A DNA stretch of 64,000 nucleotides, from NCBI GenBank assembly GCA_965219495.1, contig OZ244777.1, forward strand, positions 93,193 through 157,192. Direction: 5' to 3'. Under the pieces are notes generated by a model. The model saw only the letters and a program-made list of their open reading frames with translations. It did not search any database and was not told where the DNA came from. This document shows, piece after piece, positions 29,899-40,215 of the stretch; positions within the stretch are counted from its first letter, which is position 1; every line of letters begins with the position of its first letter. This DNA comes from Rhodobacterales bacterium (GTDB lineage Bacteria > Pseudomonadota > Alphaproteobacteria > Rhodobacterales > CAZPXZ01). The position numbers and the translations under genes are program-made.

Positions 29899-30870
29899 TC
29901 ATTGGTCTCCGAGCCTCGTTCCCGTCAGGGCAAGGAATACATCGCGCAGATCCTGTTCATCCGTGGTTATGTCCTGGATTCGAATTCCCTTGCCGCGAAT
30001 CCTGTCAAGGATTTGCTCTATAGGCGTTTGACTGCGGGAGAATGTCACGCGAATCGCTCCGTCTGGTCGAATCGTTGCCGAGGCTCCGGGTGCCGGGCTG
30101 ACCAAGTCCGCAGGAAGCTCGGTCAAGTTCTTTGCGGGGAAGATATTTACGCTCTTCAGCTCGGACTGGCGAAGGAGAGCGTGCTTTTCTTCGCATGCCA
30201 CAACCCTTCCGTGCTGCAGAATTGCGATGGTGTCGCAAAGCTCCTCGGCTTCTTCGAGGTAGTGCGTGGTCAGTATCACGGTGGTGCCCGCCGCGTTGCG
30301 ACTGCGCACGTATTCCCACAGGTGAATGCGAAGCTCGACATCGACTCCCGCTGTCGGTTCGTCCAGGACGAGAACGGGAGGATTGTGAACCAAGGCCTTT
30401 GCGACCAGAAGCCTTCTGCGCATGCCGCCGGACAAGGAACGCGTATAGCCGTGCGCCTCGTTTGCGAGTCCCACGGCTTCAAGAATCTCCATCGTTCTCC
30501 GTCGCGACTTTGGTACCGCGTATAGGCCTGCCTGCAATTCGAGCACTTCGAACGGGGTAAAAAACGGGTCGATGTTCAGTTCTTGGGGCACAACGCCAAT
30601 CATTGCGCGTGAAGTGCGGGGATTCGCCTCCTGATCAAATCCCCAAATCCGGACGAGCCCGGAATCCTTGATTACGAGACCCGCAAGAATATTGATGAAC
30701 GTTGACTTTCCGGCGCCGTTGGGTCCCAGCAACCCGAAAATCGACCCAACGGGAACCTCCAGATCAATTCCCTCGAGCGCGAGTTTGCCGCCGTGCCGGG
30801 TGTGGTAGGTCTTGTGAACATTTCGCGCCTCGATGGCAAGACTTCGCATTGAATTTCGGCTTTCTCGCAT
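29899..30870 (-). CDS. ABC-2 type exporter ATP-binding protein (YadG-like)
   Basis: GPNGAGKS, LSGGMRRR, LDEPTAGVD, LTTHYLEEAE; alternative start at 30849. Confidence 0.9.
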   Translation of the reverse strand: MRESRNSMRSLAIEARNVHKTYHTRHGGKLALEGIDLEVPVGSIFGLLGPNGAGKSTFINILAGLVIKDSGLVRIWGFDQEANPRTSRAMIGVVPQELNIDPFFTPFEVLELQAGLYAVPKSRRRTMEILEAVGLANEAHGYTRSLSGGMRRRLLVAKALVHNPPVLVLDEPTAGVDVELRIHLWEYVRSRNAAGTTVILTTHYLEEAEELCDTIAILQHGRVVACEEKHALLRQSELKSVNIFPAKNLTELPADLVSPAPGASATIRPDGAIRVTFSRSQTPIEQILDRIRGKGIRIQDITTDEQDLRDVFLALTGTRLGDQ

Positions 30871-30944
30871 ACCTTCAACTTGTTCGGGACGTGGTGTGCA
30901 TTATCATGTCTGCGCGTCCAATTTCAAAAGCCAATGCGTAAGCC

Positions 30945-31133
30945 GTGTACGTGGATCCCGAATCAATTCAAGCCCCCGAAATTCAGCGGGTTCAAACAGT
31001 AGCCGTGCAGTGTGACGGCGGCGGTGGCGCATCGGGGCATCCATTGGTGTATCTCCGCATAGGTGAGTCCGGTTATGTGGAATGCCCGTATTGCGACAAG
31101 CGGTTCGTTCTTGACGGGGACGACGATGCCTGA
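30945..31133 (+). CDS. Zinc-finger CHCC domain protein (NDUFS6-like)
   Basis: CDGGGGASGHPLVYL...VECPYCDKRF. Confidence 0.88.
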   Translation: MYVDPESIQAPEIQRVQTVAVQCDGGGGASGHPLVYLRIGESGYVECPYCDKRFVLDGDDDA

Positions 31134-31145
31134 AGCGACGGCGCC

Positions 31146-33968
31146 TTGATGTCCCCGCAGTCTAGTATTGGTCCTGGCGATCATCTTGTCCTGCTCGATG
31201 GTTCAGGATTCGTTTTTCGAGCCTATCACGCCTTGCCGCCGCTGACGCGGCGGTCAGATGGCTTGCCGGTAGGGGCGGTGTCGGGCTTCTGCAATATGCT
31301 GTTCAAGCTCCTCCGGGACGCTGTCGGCGGCGACCAGCCGTCGCACTTGGCAGTGATCTTCGACGCGAAGGGAACGAGCTTTCGGAACGAAATCTTCGAA
31401 GCGTACAAAGCGAATCGTCCGCCGCCGGAGCCCGACTTGGTTCCCCAATTCCCGCTCGTGCGGGAAGCCGTACGGGCCTTCAATGTGGCCTGCGTGGAGT
31501 TGGTCAATTTCGAAGCTGACGATCTGATCGCGACCTATACGCGCCAAGCCGAACAGGCTGGCGCCCGGGTCAGCATTTTTTCATCCGACAAAGACTTGAT
31601 GCAGCTCGTTTCCGATCGTGTCGAGATGCGCGATACGATGAGAAACTCTGCAATCGGGCCGAATGAAGTTCGCGAAAAATTTGGCGTTGGTCCCGAGAAG
31701 ATGGTGGACCTTCAGGCTCTGGCTGGCGATTCCACCGACAATGTGCCCGGTGCGCCGGGAATCGGTGTGAAAACCGCGGCGGCACTGCTGCATGAATACG
31801 GAGATCTTGACAATCTCCTGGCGAGAGCGAGCGAGATCAAGCAGCCGAAGCGGCGCGAAGCCCTGACCGAATTCGTGAAACAGATCAGAGTATCCAAGAA
31901 ACTGGTCCAACTCGATGATCGCGTACCGGTGCCAGTGCCGGTCGGCGACTTTCGAATGGCGGCTCCTGAGCCGGACAAACTGCTGGAATTTCTCCGCAAG
32001 ATGGAGTTTCGCACATTCACAGAGCGCGTGGCCGCTTCGCTCGGCGCGAATGCTGGGGCCGTGGAGGAAGCAAAAGGTGCCGCGGAGGCGGCTTCCGTAG
32101 CGGGTGATTTTTCAGAGCTTCAATATGAACTGGTGAACTCTCGGGAGCGTCTCCAAGCCTGGGTCTTGCGAGCCTGGGAGAAAGGAGCCGTAGCCGTCGA
32201 TACGGAAACCGATTCGCTCGACGAAATGCGGGCCAAACTCGTCGGGGTGTCGCTTGCGGTCACGGCCGGAGAGGCATGCTATATCCCTGTCGGTCATCGC
32301 AACGAGAGCGAAACGGAAGGACTCTTTGCGGCAGAGCCCACGCTTAGCGAAGGCCAGTTGCCAATTGGTGTCGCGCTCGAAGTTCTGCGTCCGCTGCTGG
32401 AAGATGAGACGGTGCTGAAAATCGGCCACAACCTGAAGTTCGATGCGAAGGTGTTCGGGCAATACGGCATCGAACTCCGGTCCATCGACGACACCATGTT
32501 GATGTCTTATGTGCTTGCCGCTGGCCGGCACCGCCAGAAGCTGGACGATCTCGCGGAAATTTATCTCGGTCACAAGACGCAACCCATTACGGAGTTGATC
32601 GGGAAAGGGCGAACACGGATCACTTTCGCGCAAGTGGACCCAAAGAAAGCCGCGCACTATGCCGCGGAAGACGCAGATGTTGCGCTTCGATTACATCACG
32701 TATTCCGGCGTTCGCTGATTGATGACAGCAAAAGTACGGTCTACGAAACGCTTGAACGGCCGCTGCTTCCCGTTCTTGCCGCCATGGAGAGGACCGGCAT
32801 GCGGGTGGACCCGAAGGTTCTGGAGAAGATCTCCGCGGAATTCGGACAACGAGCAAGAGAACTTGAACGCGAAATTCACGAGATCGCAGGTGAGGCCTTC
32901 AACGTTGCCTCTCCGCAGCAGCTTGGCACAATTCTGTTTGAAAAACTCTCGCTGCCCGGGGCGAAGCGGACTTCGAAGTCGGGCGGCTATCAGACCGGAG
33001 CGGGGGTGCTGGAAGAACTTGCAGCCCAAGGGTTTGAAATTGCCTCGAGAATCGTGGACTGGCGACATCTCACCAAACTGAAGGGCACCTACGCGGATGC
33101 GCTCGTGCAGCACATTCACCCGGATACCCGACGCGTGCATACTTCTTTTTCGCTTGCCGCTACGTCGACCGGGCGTCTCGCTTCCATGGATCCGAATCTT
33201 CAGAACATTCCGATTCGCACGGAAGAGGGACGGCGCATACGGCAAGCGTTCGTAGCAGCTCCGGGAAACGTTCTGTTATCCCTGGATTACAGTCAAATTG
33301 AACTTCGCGTGCTCGCGCATGTCGCCGAAATCGAGTCCCTGCGCGAGGCCTTTCGGCAAGGGATGGACATTCATGCCATGACGGCTTCGGAAGTGTTTGG
33401 TGTGTCGATCGAGAACATGGACCCGATGGTTCGTCGGCGCGCCAAGGCGATCAATTTTGGCGTGATCTACGGGATTTCCAGATTCGGCCTCGCCAACCAG
33501 TTGCGAATTCCACAGCAGGAAGCCGGCGCCTTTATCGACGCCTATTTCGAGCGCTTCCCTGGAATTCGCGACTATATGCGCCACACGGTGAAGAGCGCGC
33601 GCGACCGGGGATACGTCGAGACCTTGTTCGGAAGGCGGGTGCACACGCCGAATATCAACGCCAAGGGTCCGACTCGCGGCTATCAGGAGAGAGCTGCAAT
33701 TAACGCACCGATCCAGGGAAGCGCGGCAGACATAATTCGGCGAGCCATGATCCGCATTCCACCGGCGCTTGAGCAGGAGTGCGATTCCGCAAAGATGTTG
33801 CTGCAGGTTCATGATGAACTCCTGTTCGAAGTGCCCGAGAGTCGGGTCGAATCCACCTGCGACTTGGTGCGCGGCATCATGGAGCGTGCGTCCGATCCGG
33901 CGGTGAGGCTATCGGTGCCCATAGTTGTCGATACAGGAGTCGGGTCGAGTTGGGCCGAGGCGTATTGA
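31146..33968 (+). CDS. polA: DNA polymerase I
   Basis: 5'-3' exonuclease (DGSGFVFRAYHA, EADD), 3'-5' exonuclease (DTET), polymerase motifs DYSQIELR, AKAINFG, LQVHDEL. Confidence 0.98.
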   Translation: MMSPQSSIGPGDHLVLLDGSGFVFRAYHALPPLTRRSDGLPVGAVSGFCNMLFKLLRDAVGGDQPSHLAVIFDAKGTSFRNEIFEAYKANRPPPEPDLVPQFPLVREAVRAFNVACVELVNFEADDLIATYTRQAEQAGARVSIFSSDKDLMQLVSDRVEMRDTMRNSAIGPNEVREKFGVGPEKMVDLQALAGDSTDNVPGAPGIGVKTAAALLHEYGDLDNLLARASEIKQPKRREALTEFVKQIRVSKKLVQLDDRVPVPVPVGDFRMAAPEPDKLLEFLRKMEFRTFTERVAASLGANAGAVEEAKGAAEAASVAGDFSELQYELVNSRERLQAWVLRAWEKGAVAVDTETDSLDEMRAKLVGVSLAVTAGEACYIPVGHRNESETEGLFAAEPTLSEGQLPIGVALEVLRPLLEDETVLKIGHNLKFDAKVFGQYGIELRSIDDTMLMSYVLAAGRHRQKLDDLAEIYLGHKTQPITELIGKGRTRITFAQVDPKKAAHYAAEDADVALRLHHVFRRSLIDDSKSTVYETLERPLLPVLAAMERTGMRVDPKVLEKISAEFGQRARELEREIHEIAGEAFNVASPQQLGTILFEKLSLPGAKRTSKSGGYQTGAGVLEELAAQGFEIASRIVDWRHLTKLKGTYADALVQHIHPDTRRVHTSFSLAATSTGRLASMDPNLQNIPIRTEEGRRIRQAFVAAPGNVLLSLDYSQIELRVLAHVAEIESLREAFRQGMDIHAMTASEVFGVSIENMDPMVRRRAKAINFGVIYGISRFGLANQLRIPQQEAGAFIDAYFERFPGIRDYMRHTVKSARDRGYVETLFGRRVHTPNINAKGPTRGYQERAAINAPIQGSAADIIRRAMIRIPPALEQECDSAKMLLQVHDELLFEVPESRVESTCDLVRGIMERASDPAVRLSVPIVVDTGVGSSWAEAY

Positions 33969-34262
33969 AGGCCCGTTGCTCGATACCTGTCGAGTCTTCC
34001 AGTAGATTCTTCAGTTTCCCGGAGCGGAAAACGCAACCCTTGCGATCGGTTCGTAGAGAAAATTTGTTCTGCGGAAGCAAGAGACGGAGCCGATAGCGGG
34101 GCTCGATTTGGAAAGACGGTTGGAACTGCAAATGCAGCCCATCGGGCATTCCGGCGGCAAGACCCTGCGTGTTGTGAGAACAGCACCGTCCGGCCCTCCG
34201 TAGGAGCCCACAAAGGAATGCCGGAACCCGGCAACCGGGACCGGATTTGAACGGCAGTTGAA

Positions 34263-35480
34263 ATGACCGCAGTTTCCCGGACAAGTTCCTCTGCGATAAC
34301 CGTGTTTTTTGCGGGAACCGGACACGTGTTCAGTCACGTGTTCCTGACAGTCTACGCTGTGGTTGCGGTTCATCTTGCTGCTAGCGGGGAATTCGGAATC
34401 GATTACGCAACCCTCTTGCCGCTGATGGGGGTCGGCCTTTTTCTCTTCGGGCTTGGTGCGATCCCGGCTGGTTTACTCGGAGATCGGTGGAGTGGACCTG
34501 GAATGATGGTCGTGTACTTCATTGGCACTGGCGCAACGGCGATCATTACAGGTCTGGCTCAAGACACGACGGTTCTTTGGTTAGGGCTGTCCGGAATCGG
34601 GCTCTTCAGTTCCATATACCATCCTGTGGGAATCGCGTGGTTGGCGCGCAACCGCGAGCGCCGTGGCTGGGTGCTGGGATTCAACGGCATGCTTGGAAAT
34701 TTTTCAATCGGCTTGACGCCCCCATTGACGGGCGTGTTGATCGATTTCATTTCCTGGCGGGCGGCGTTCGTATTGCCTGGCGTGGTATGCTTGCTGCTTG
34801 GTGTCGTTTTGCTTGGATGCGTTCTCACAAACAAGGTTCAGGGCCATCGACTGGAGGCCAGGCAGCACCCCGCGGAAGCCAGTTCCATGGACATTCGCCG
34901 GGCAATGCTCTTGCTTCCGGTCGCGGCCATATGTTCTGGATTCATCTTCTATGCCATGTCCGGTGTCATGCCCAAATTTGTGGCGGACTCTCTTCACGGC
35001 TGGCTTGGCGACAGTATGACCGCGGTCGGATTCGCGGTAGCGCCCATGTATATCTTGGGGGCATTTGCGCAGTTGCTGGGAGGCCTGCTCGCCGATCGAT
35101 ATTCCGTGAAGTGGGTGTACGCGGGGTGCTGGGGGTTCCACCTACTTGCTCTCGCTTCACTTGCCTCGATTTATGGGGCCAAGGCGCTCCCGTTCGCGGT
35201 GCTTGCGGTGACATTCAGTGTCATGTCATTGCCTGCGGAAAACGTAATGTACGCGAGATTCAGCCCACCGGCGTGGCGAAGCACCTTTTACGGAATAAAG
35301 TTCGTTCTGGCTGGTGGAGTCGGGTGGCCTGCCGTAGAAGCGGCTGGTTGGCTGTTCGGAAGAACCGGAGGGTTCACGGAGTTGTTTGAAATACTGGCGC
35401 TGGCTGCCGCTTTGGCGTTCTTGGTGGCATTGGCGCTTCCCCGCACGCCGATCGTTTTCGCCGAATCGAGCACCGATTAA
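34263..35480 (+). CDS. MFS transporter
   Basis: About 12 hydrophobic segments; GLLGDRW and GLLADRY loop motifs; SSIYHPVG. Confidence 0.88.
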   Translation: MTAVSRTSSSAITVFFAGTGHVFSHVFLTVYAVVAVHLAASGEFGIDYATLLPLMGVGLFLFGLGAIPAGLLGDRWSGPGMMVVYFIGTGATAIITGLAQDTTVLWLGLSGIGLFSSIYHPVGIAWLARNRERRGWVLGFNGMLGNFSIGLTPPLTGVLIDFISWRAAFVLPGVVCLLLGVVLLGCVLTNKVQGHRLEARQHPAEASSMDIRRAMLLLPVAAICSGFIFYAMSGVMPKFVADSLHGWLGDSMTAVGFAVAPMYILGAFAQLLGGLLADRYSVKWVYAGCWGFHLLALASLASIYGAKALPFAVLAVTFSVMSLPAENVMYARFSPPAWRSTFYGIKFVLAGGVGWPAVEAAGWLFGRTGGFTELFEILALAAALAFLVALALPRTPIVFAESSTD

Positions 35481-35643
35481 TTCGTGGGGAGAAGACTTCG
35501 GCGTCAAACTGAAGGCGTTTTCGAGTTGCGTGGCGTCTGTCCACGCACCGAGTCACGACAATTCGTTTCGCGTATTCCCCCAGTCGGAGGAGCGGCTTGC
35601 AAGTTGCCATGCGGTGAAAGCCACTTTATCACTGCAAGCATTC

Positions 35644-35719
<76 letters not shown>

Positions 35720-36041
35720 ATGACCTTCAACAGCGCGATTTTGCCAATACCGGCGAGCGAATTTAACTGACGGATATTGACGCAGGACGATCGGAACAAT
35801 GAACATGCGCCACGATTTTCCGACACTCGAAAATGGGTGCGGAACTTGATGGAGCTACAGGCAAATCACCGATAGCGCGGCAACAGGCCAGGAAACGGAG
35901 AATCGAATCTTTGTGTACTGGTCTTTCGGGATCGCGAGCCGTTGAGCAACGCCCGGATTATCCAGGCTTGCGAACGCGAACCGGAACAACCGATCGGGAA
36001 GGCATGGATTGCCGTGTACCAGACAATGTCGTGGTCCGGCG

Positions 36042-36584
36042 TCACCTGCGGTCCGGTTTCTTGAGATATACGTAAAACGCGCCTTCCCCTCCATGCGAGC
36101 GATGCGCCTGGGAGACCGTCACGATGCGGTGGGAGAAACGACCGCTTCGGACCCAATCGGGTAGAGCCGCGCGAATGGCGCCGGGCTCCGGGGCGGTCTC
36201 GCTCGCCAATTTCCGGCCGCCACGGCCGGTGATAAAAAGGAGTAGCCGGTCGCCGGATGCAATGCGTTCGCTCAGACAGTTGTCTACGCGCCTTCGAGCC
36301 TGCTCGAAGGTGGAACCATGGAGGTCGAGGCGGTAGTCTGGCGTGATCTTTCCCTTTCGCAATCGTGTTGCCGTGTTCCGGTCCAGCGAAGCGGTATCGC
36401 GTTTTGGCACAGACTTGACGATCGGTCTGGAAGTCGGCGTACGAGACGCCGAAGAGGATTCGTGCTCCTCATTTCGGGCAGGGGCTTCCCGGCTTGGGTC
36501 TCTTGAGGGGGCAAGTGGCCGTACGGTCGAGGCGATCTGATTCCAAAGCGCGTCGCCTTCAGAATCATGACGATGAATGGTCAT
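36042..36584 (-). CDS. Smr domain protein
   Basis: RLRKGK...LDLHG, ITGRG, AHRSHGGEGAFYVYLK. Confidence 0.92.
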   Translation of the reverse strand: MTIHRHDSEGDALWNQIASTVRPLAPSRDPSREAPARNEEHESSSASRTPTSRPIVKSVPKRDTASLDRNTATRLRKGKITPDYRLDLHGSTFEQARRRVDNCLSERIASGDRLLLFITGRGGRKLASETAPEPGAIRAALPDWVRSGRFSHRIVTVSQAHRSHGGEGAFYVYLKKPDRR

Positions 36585-36604
36585 GATTTGAGAATGGTGC
36601 GCGG

Positions 36605-37303
36605 TCAGGTCTCGACCAGTGTCCAGTTCGGATACTGATTCCCAAAGATGCGCTCAAATATCCAAGTGTCGGTTTGCCGCCGAATAGATTTCGGGTCTCC
36701 CTCGACCAGTTTGCCCTTGCTGTCGCGAACCGAAGTGATCAGTTCCGCCGAGAATCGTACGGCGATTTCGGCTCGACGCGCAGATTTGTCGAATGCGATT
36801 CTTTCGATCTTGGCGCTCCGAATTCCGACAAACCGGGCATCGACCACGAGTTTCTTTCTGCTTCGTTCGTCGATGATCAGCGCGAAGTCCTCGAAGACTT
36901 CGTCCGCCAGAAGGGAACGCAACCGCTTCTTGTCGCCATGCTCAAATGCTAGGAGAATCATCTCGTAGGCTTGTTTCGCTCCATCGAGGAATGTATCGAG
37001 GGTGAATGTGGGTTCCAGCCTCTTCATGGCGGTGAGAGGAACCCGATTCGGATCGTCCTTATCCAAGCCGTCGAGATCCGGAGCAGCTTCCTCCATGGAG
37101 TCATCGCGCGCCGTTTCTTCCGTCTGGACGGGTATGACAACACCACGCTCATCGCCGGGCTGTGGGCGATGAAAGTCGCGCTGTCGCATGGATTCCGAGG
37201 GGTCTTCGTGGCCTGTCCGCGTTCCAAGCACACCTCGCAGGCGGAACAGCAGAAACGCGGCGACTGCCGCAAAGAGTACAATTTCGATGATCTGGGGGCT
37301 CAT
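36605..37303 (-). CDS. Tim44/TimA-family protein
   Basis: RLRGVLGTRTGHE, FLDGAKQAYEMILLAF, DTWIFER, PNWTLVET. Confidence 0.92.
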   Translation of the reverse strand: MSPQIIEIVLFAAVAAFLLFRLRGVLGTRTGHEDPSESMRQRDFHRPQPGDERGVVIPVQTEETARDDSMEEAAPDLDGLDKDDPNRVPLTAMKRLEPTFTLDTFLDGAKQAYEMILLAFEHGDKKRLRSLLADEVFEDFALIIDERSRKKLVVDARFVGIRSAKIERIAFDKSARRAEIAVRFSAELITSVRDSKGKLVEGDPKSIRRQTDTWIFERIFGNQYPNWTLVET

Positions 37304-37404
37304 TGTATTCCACCCGCTTAGGCGAACTGCGGCTAAATCCGCAGAGACCACACCCGTCCCTATATCTAGGTTGGTCCATGGCGTATGTCTATATATGGGT
37401 GCGT

Positions 37405-37815
37405 TCAGTATTCCGATCTTACCGCAAGACATTCAACTCCCGCCCATGCGGCGCGCGGGATCGCGGCTGGTTTGCGAACCCGGACCTGCGCGCGCGTGAT
37501 GCGCCCGTCCGCGAAACACGCTTCTGCGATTTGCTGGGCAAGCTCTTCCGCCAATCGCCAATGTTTTCCGGCGGCTAGCTTCACGATGGTTCTCGCGATC
37601 GCGTCGTAGCAAACTGTCTTTTCATCTGTTTCCTCCGAGGACTCGGGAACGAAAGGCGCCGGTCCTGAAGGAGAGCCCGGACGGATGTCCACGGTAATGT
37701 CCACGCCGATCTCCTGGCTCGAATGCAGTTCATCAGGGTTGATCCCGATATGCGCATCTATTTTCAAGTCCTCTATGGTAATGCGCCAGGAGTGCCCGAT
37801 TTCTTGCGCGCTCAC
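37405..37815 (-). CDS. folB: Dihydroneopterin aldolase
   Basis: AHIGINPDE...Q, TVCYD, LAEELAQQIA, VRKPAAIP. Confidence 0.85.
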   Translation of the reverse strand: MSAQEIGHSWRITIEDLKIDAHIGINPDELHSSQEIGVDITVDIRPGSPSGPAPFVPESSEETDEKTVCYDAIARTIVKLAAGKHWRLAEELAQQIAEACFADGRITRAQVRVRKPAAIPRAAWAGVECLAVRSEY

Positions 37816-38594
37816 GAGTTTTCCCTCGGATTGACGAGATGTGCCCCCCCGTCCAACGCAATCACTTCGCCGGTCATCGAGGGACTCTTGAGAATATAAA
37901 GCAGAGCGTCGGCAATTTCGGAGGGCTGAGGTCCGCTCCCGAGCGGAGTCCGGCTGCTGTTGTTGGCGAAATGCGCTGCGCTCTCCCGCTCGCCCCGAAG
38001 CGTCGGGCCCGGAGCGATTGCGTTGACCCGGATTGTTGGCGCCAGTGACAGGGCGGCATTTCGAGTCAGCGCCAGCAGTCCGCTCTTCGCAAGCGTATAA
38101 CTGGCAAAACCCCTTGAGGGACGCAGAACCGCCGTATCCAACACATTTACGATCCCGGCAACGCTCGTCCGTGGGCGGTTTCCCGAATGCGATTTGAGTG
38201 TTCGGGCGGCAAGCTGCTGGGTCAACGCGAAAGGGGCGGCGAGATTCACCGCGAAGTTTTCCGCGGCATGCTGTTCACGTGCGCAGGTGTAGTCATCCGG
38301 CAGGAAACTGGATGCGTTGTTCACCAGCAACGATACTTGCCCGCCGAGGGCGGTTGCCGCCCGTTCGATGAGGGTGGCGCAGCTCGCTGCACTGCGAAAG
38401 TCGGCGCAAACCGCCGCTGCGCTGGGGCTGCCAATTTTCAGGCACTCGGCGGCTGTTTGCTCCGCCTCGAGTTTCGAGGCTCGATAATGCACCGCCACTG
38501 ACCAGCCCTGTCCCGCCAGCTCCAACGCCAAGGTTCGGCCGATTCGGCGGCCACCTCCCGTTACCAGCGCTCTACTCCCGGCGACCGCGGTCAT
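37812..38594 (-). CDS. SDR oxidoreductase, pteridine reductase/FolM-like
   Basis: TGGGRRIG, VNNAS, YTLAK, RVNAIAPG; overlaps folB. Confidence 0.88.
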   Translation of the reverse strand: MTAVAGSRALVTGGGRRIGRTLALELAGQGWSVAVHYRASKLEAEQTAAECLKIGSPSAAAVCADFRSAASCATLIERAATALGGQVSLLVNNASSFLPDDYTCAREQHAAENFAVNLAAPFALTQQLAARTLKSHSGNRPRTSVAGIVNVLDTAVLRPSRGFASYTLAKSGLLALTRNAALSLAPTIRVNAIAPGPTLRGERESAAHFANNSSRTPLGSGPQPSEIADALLYILKSPSMTGEVIALDGGAHLVNPRENS

Positions 38595-38692
38595 TTGCAG
38601 TTGTCTCGCATGCGCGCTTCCAGTGCGGCTTGGACAGGGGAAAATGCAACGCTGATTCGGCCGTTACGCATGGCAGCCCTGAGAATTTGCCT

Positions 38693-38902
38693 TCAAGAAG
38701 TCCGGCCCGGCTCGTCGCAGTCACAGTCTCCGCCCGGCACGAATGCTCCGCATCTCGGGCAGGCAACGAGTTTCTCGGTGGAATCGCGTTTGTCGTTTAC
38801 GCCGGGGTTGCTTCCGGTCGATGTGCGCAGTTTCGCCATCACACGGATGACCCATAGTGCAGCCATCACAATTGCAATTAGGAATCCGATTTTGGTAAGC
38901 AT
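38693..38902 (-). CDS. Small membrane-anchored hypothetical protein
   Basis: N-terminal hydrophobic helix, C-terminal LVACPRCGAFVP...C.C. Confidence 0.6.
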   Translation of the reverse strand: MLTKIGFLIAIVMAALWVIRVMAKLRTSTGSNPGVNDKRDSTEKLVACPRCGAFVPGGDCDCDEPGRTS

Positions 38903-39043
38903 GACTTTTTCCGGGCGCGGAGGGGTATGAGATTAGGAGATACTCTCTTAACCAAGACTGGGCAACTTGCGATTCAATCCCGTCGCGGTTTGGTATACGA
39001 TGCTTCTAGGTCGTGAAAGTCTGGGAAAGAGCAACAGTGCACA

Positions 39044-39274
39044 ATGTGCGAACAGGACGGAAAGTCACCGCTGACCAGCTCCGAAGAGGCCCTTCGATCG
39101 CGTCTCGACTCGCTGCGTGAACAGCATGCTGTGCTCGGAGCGAAGCTCGACACGATGATGCAGTCATTTGCGCCGGACGCGTTGGAAGTGCGCAGGCTGA
39201 AGAAGAGAAAGCTGTCGGTTCGCGATGAGATTGCAAAACTTGAAAGGGCTCTGTATCCCGACCTGATCGCCTGA
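39044..39274 (+). CDS. DUF465/YdcH-family protein
   Basis: LREQHAVL, RRLKKRKLSVRDEI, PDLIA. Confidence 0.88.
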   Translation: MCEQDGKSPLTSSEEALRSRLDSLREQHAVLGAKLDTMMQSFAPDALEVRRLKKRKLSVRDEIAKLERALYPDLIA

Positions 39275-39492
39275 GGATTTGGTTCCCCCGTTGGATGAAC
39301 TCGCCGCGTGTGCGGCGGATTACCGGACATGCGTTGCCAGGTTACTTGTCCCGCCTGCGCAACCGCTTGCGGATCAAATGTGGAAATACACCGGGGCGCT
39401 GTCGAAGCAGTTGCGCTCCGGAACCCGTCCAACCGGAGTTCGAGTGGTTGCGAGGCGTTGCGAACTGCCCGAAACCGGGTTCGGCCCGAAAG

Positions 39493-40215
39493 CTAGCCCG
39501 GAGTCTCGGTCGGAGGCGCGCCCCGGGTGTCTGCCGCCGGGGCGGAGATGCCGCGGAACATCGCCTTGGGCGCAGCCAGAATGCATTTCGCCAGCGGCGA
39601 GCGGCGTACGATGGCCTTGCACTCCTCGAATCGCATCACGCCTTTGATGCGACGGTCCAGAAACCTCCAGGTTGCCGTTGCGCCGACGGATTGGTCACCC
39701 AACCAATACATCGCCGTGGCGCCGTATACACCGCTCAGGATGGCTCGTTTGGTGTACCGATTGTAGTCGCGGGAAGTATCACCGAGGGCGGTCCAGATGG
39801 TATCGGCCGTTTTCCAGAGGACGCGAGCGCCTTCGGTTGCGTGGGTTGGCAGGGCGAGGAACGCCGCACCGCGCCGGACCGCTTCGCGGTGCGGTTCACC
39901 AATCTCAATTCGCCTTCGAACAGCAACGGTTATTTGGTCTCTCATCCGGCCGTGCTGCGGGAGGCCAGCCAATTCCTCTGCAAGTGCCTGGTCGAGACGG
40001 CTGTGGAATGTGAGGAGCATGTCAAGCGCACCGCGTGGGAATGCCAAGCGCGCGAGACCTGGGTCAACTCCGGTTTCCTTGATCGCCGCGGCGAAAGTCC
40101 TGTCCGACCAGCCGTCCGAAGGCACGCGGGGCAGCGCCGCATCCAGCAACCGAGTCCGAGCTTCCTCCGTAGGATCCTCGACGCGGGGTTCAGCATGTTC
40201 GTTGTCGGTATTCAT
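39493..40215 (-). CDS. COQ9-family protein
   Basis: LLDAALPRVPSDGWS, ADTIWTALGDTSRDYNRYTKRAILSGVY, FLDRRI; start at MNTDNE. Confidence 0.9.
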   Translation of the reverse strand: MNTDNEHAEPRVEDPTEEARTRLLDAALPRVPSDGWSDRTFAAAIKETGVDPGLARLAFPRGALDMLLTFHSRLDQALAEELAGLPQHGRMRDQITVAVRRRIEIGEPHREAVRRGAAFLALPTHATEGARVLWKTADTIWTALGDTSRDYNRYTKRAILSGVYGATAMYWLGDQSVGATATWRFLDRRIKGVMRFEECKAIVRRSPLAKCILAAPKAMFRGISAPAADTRGAPPTETPG

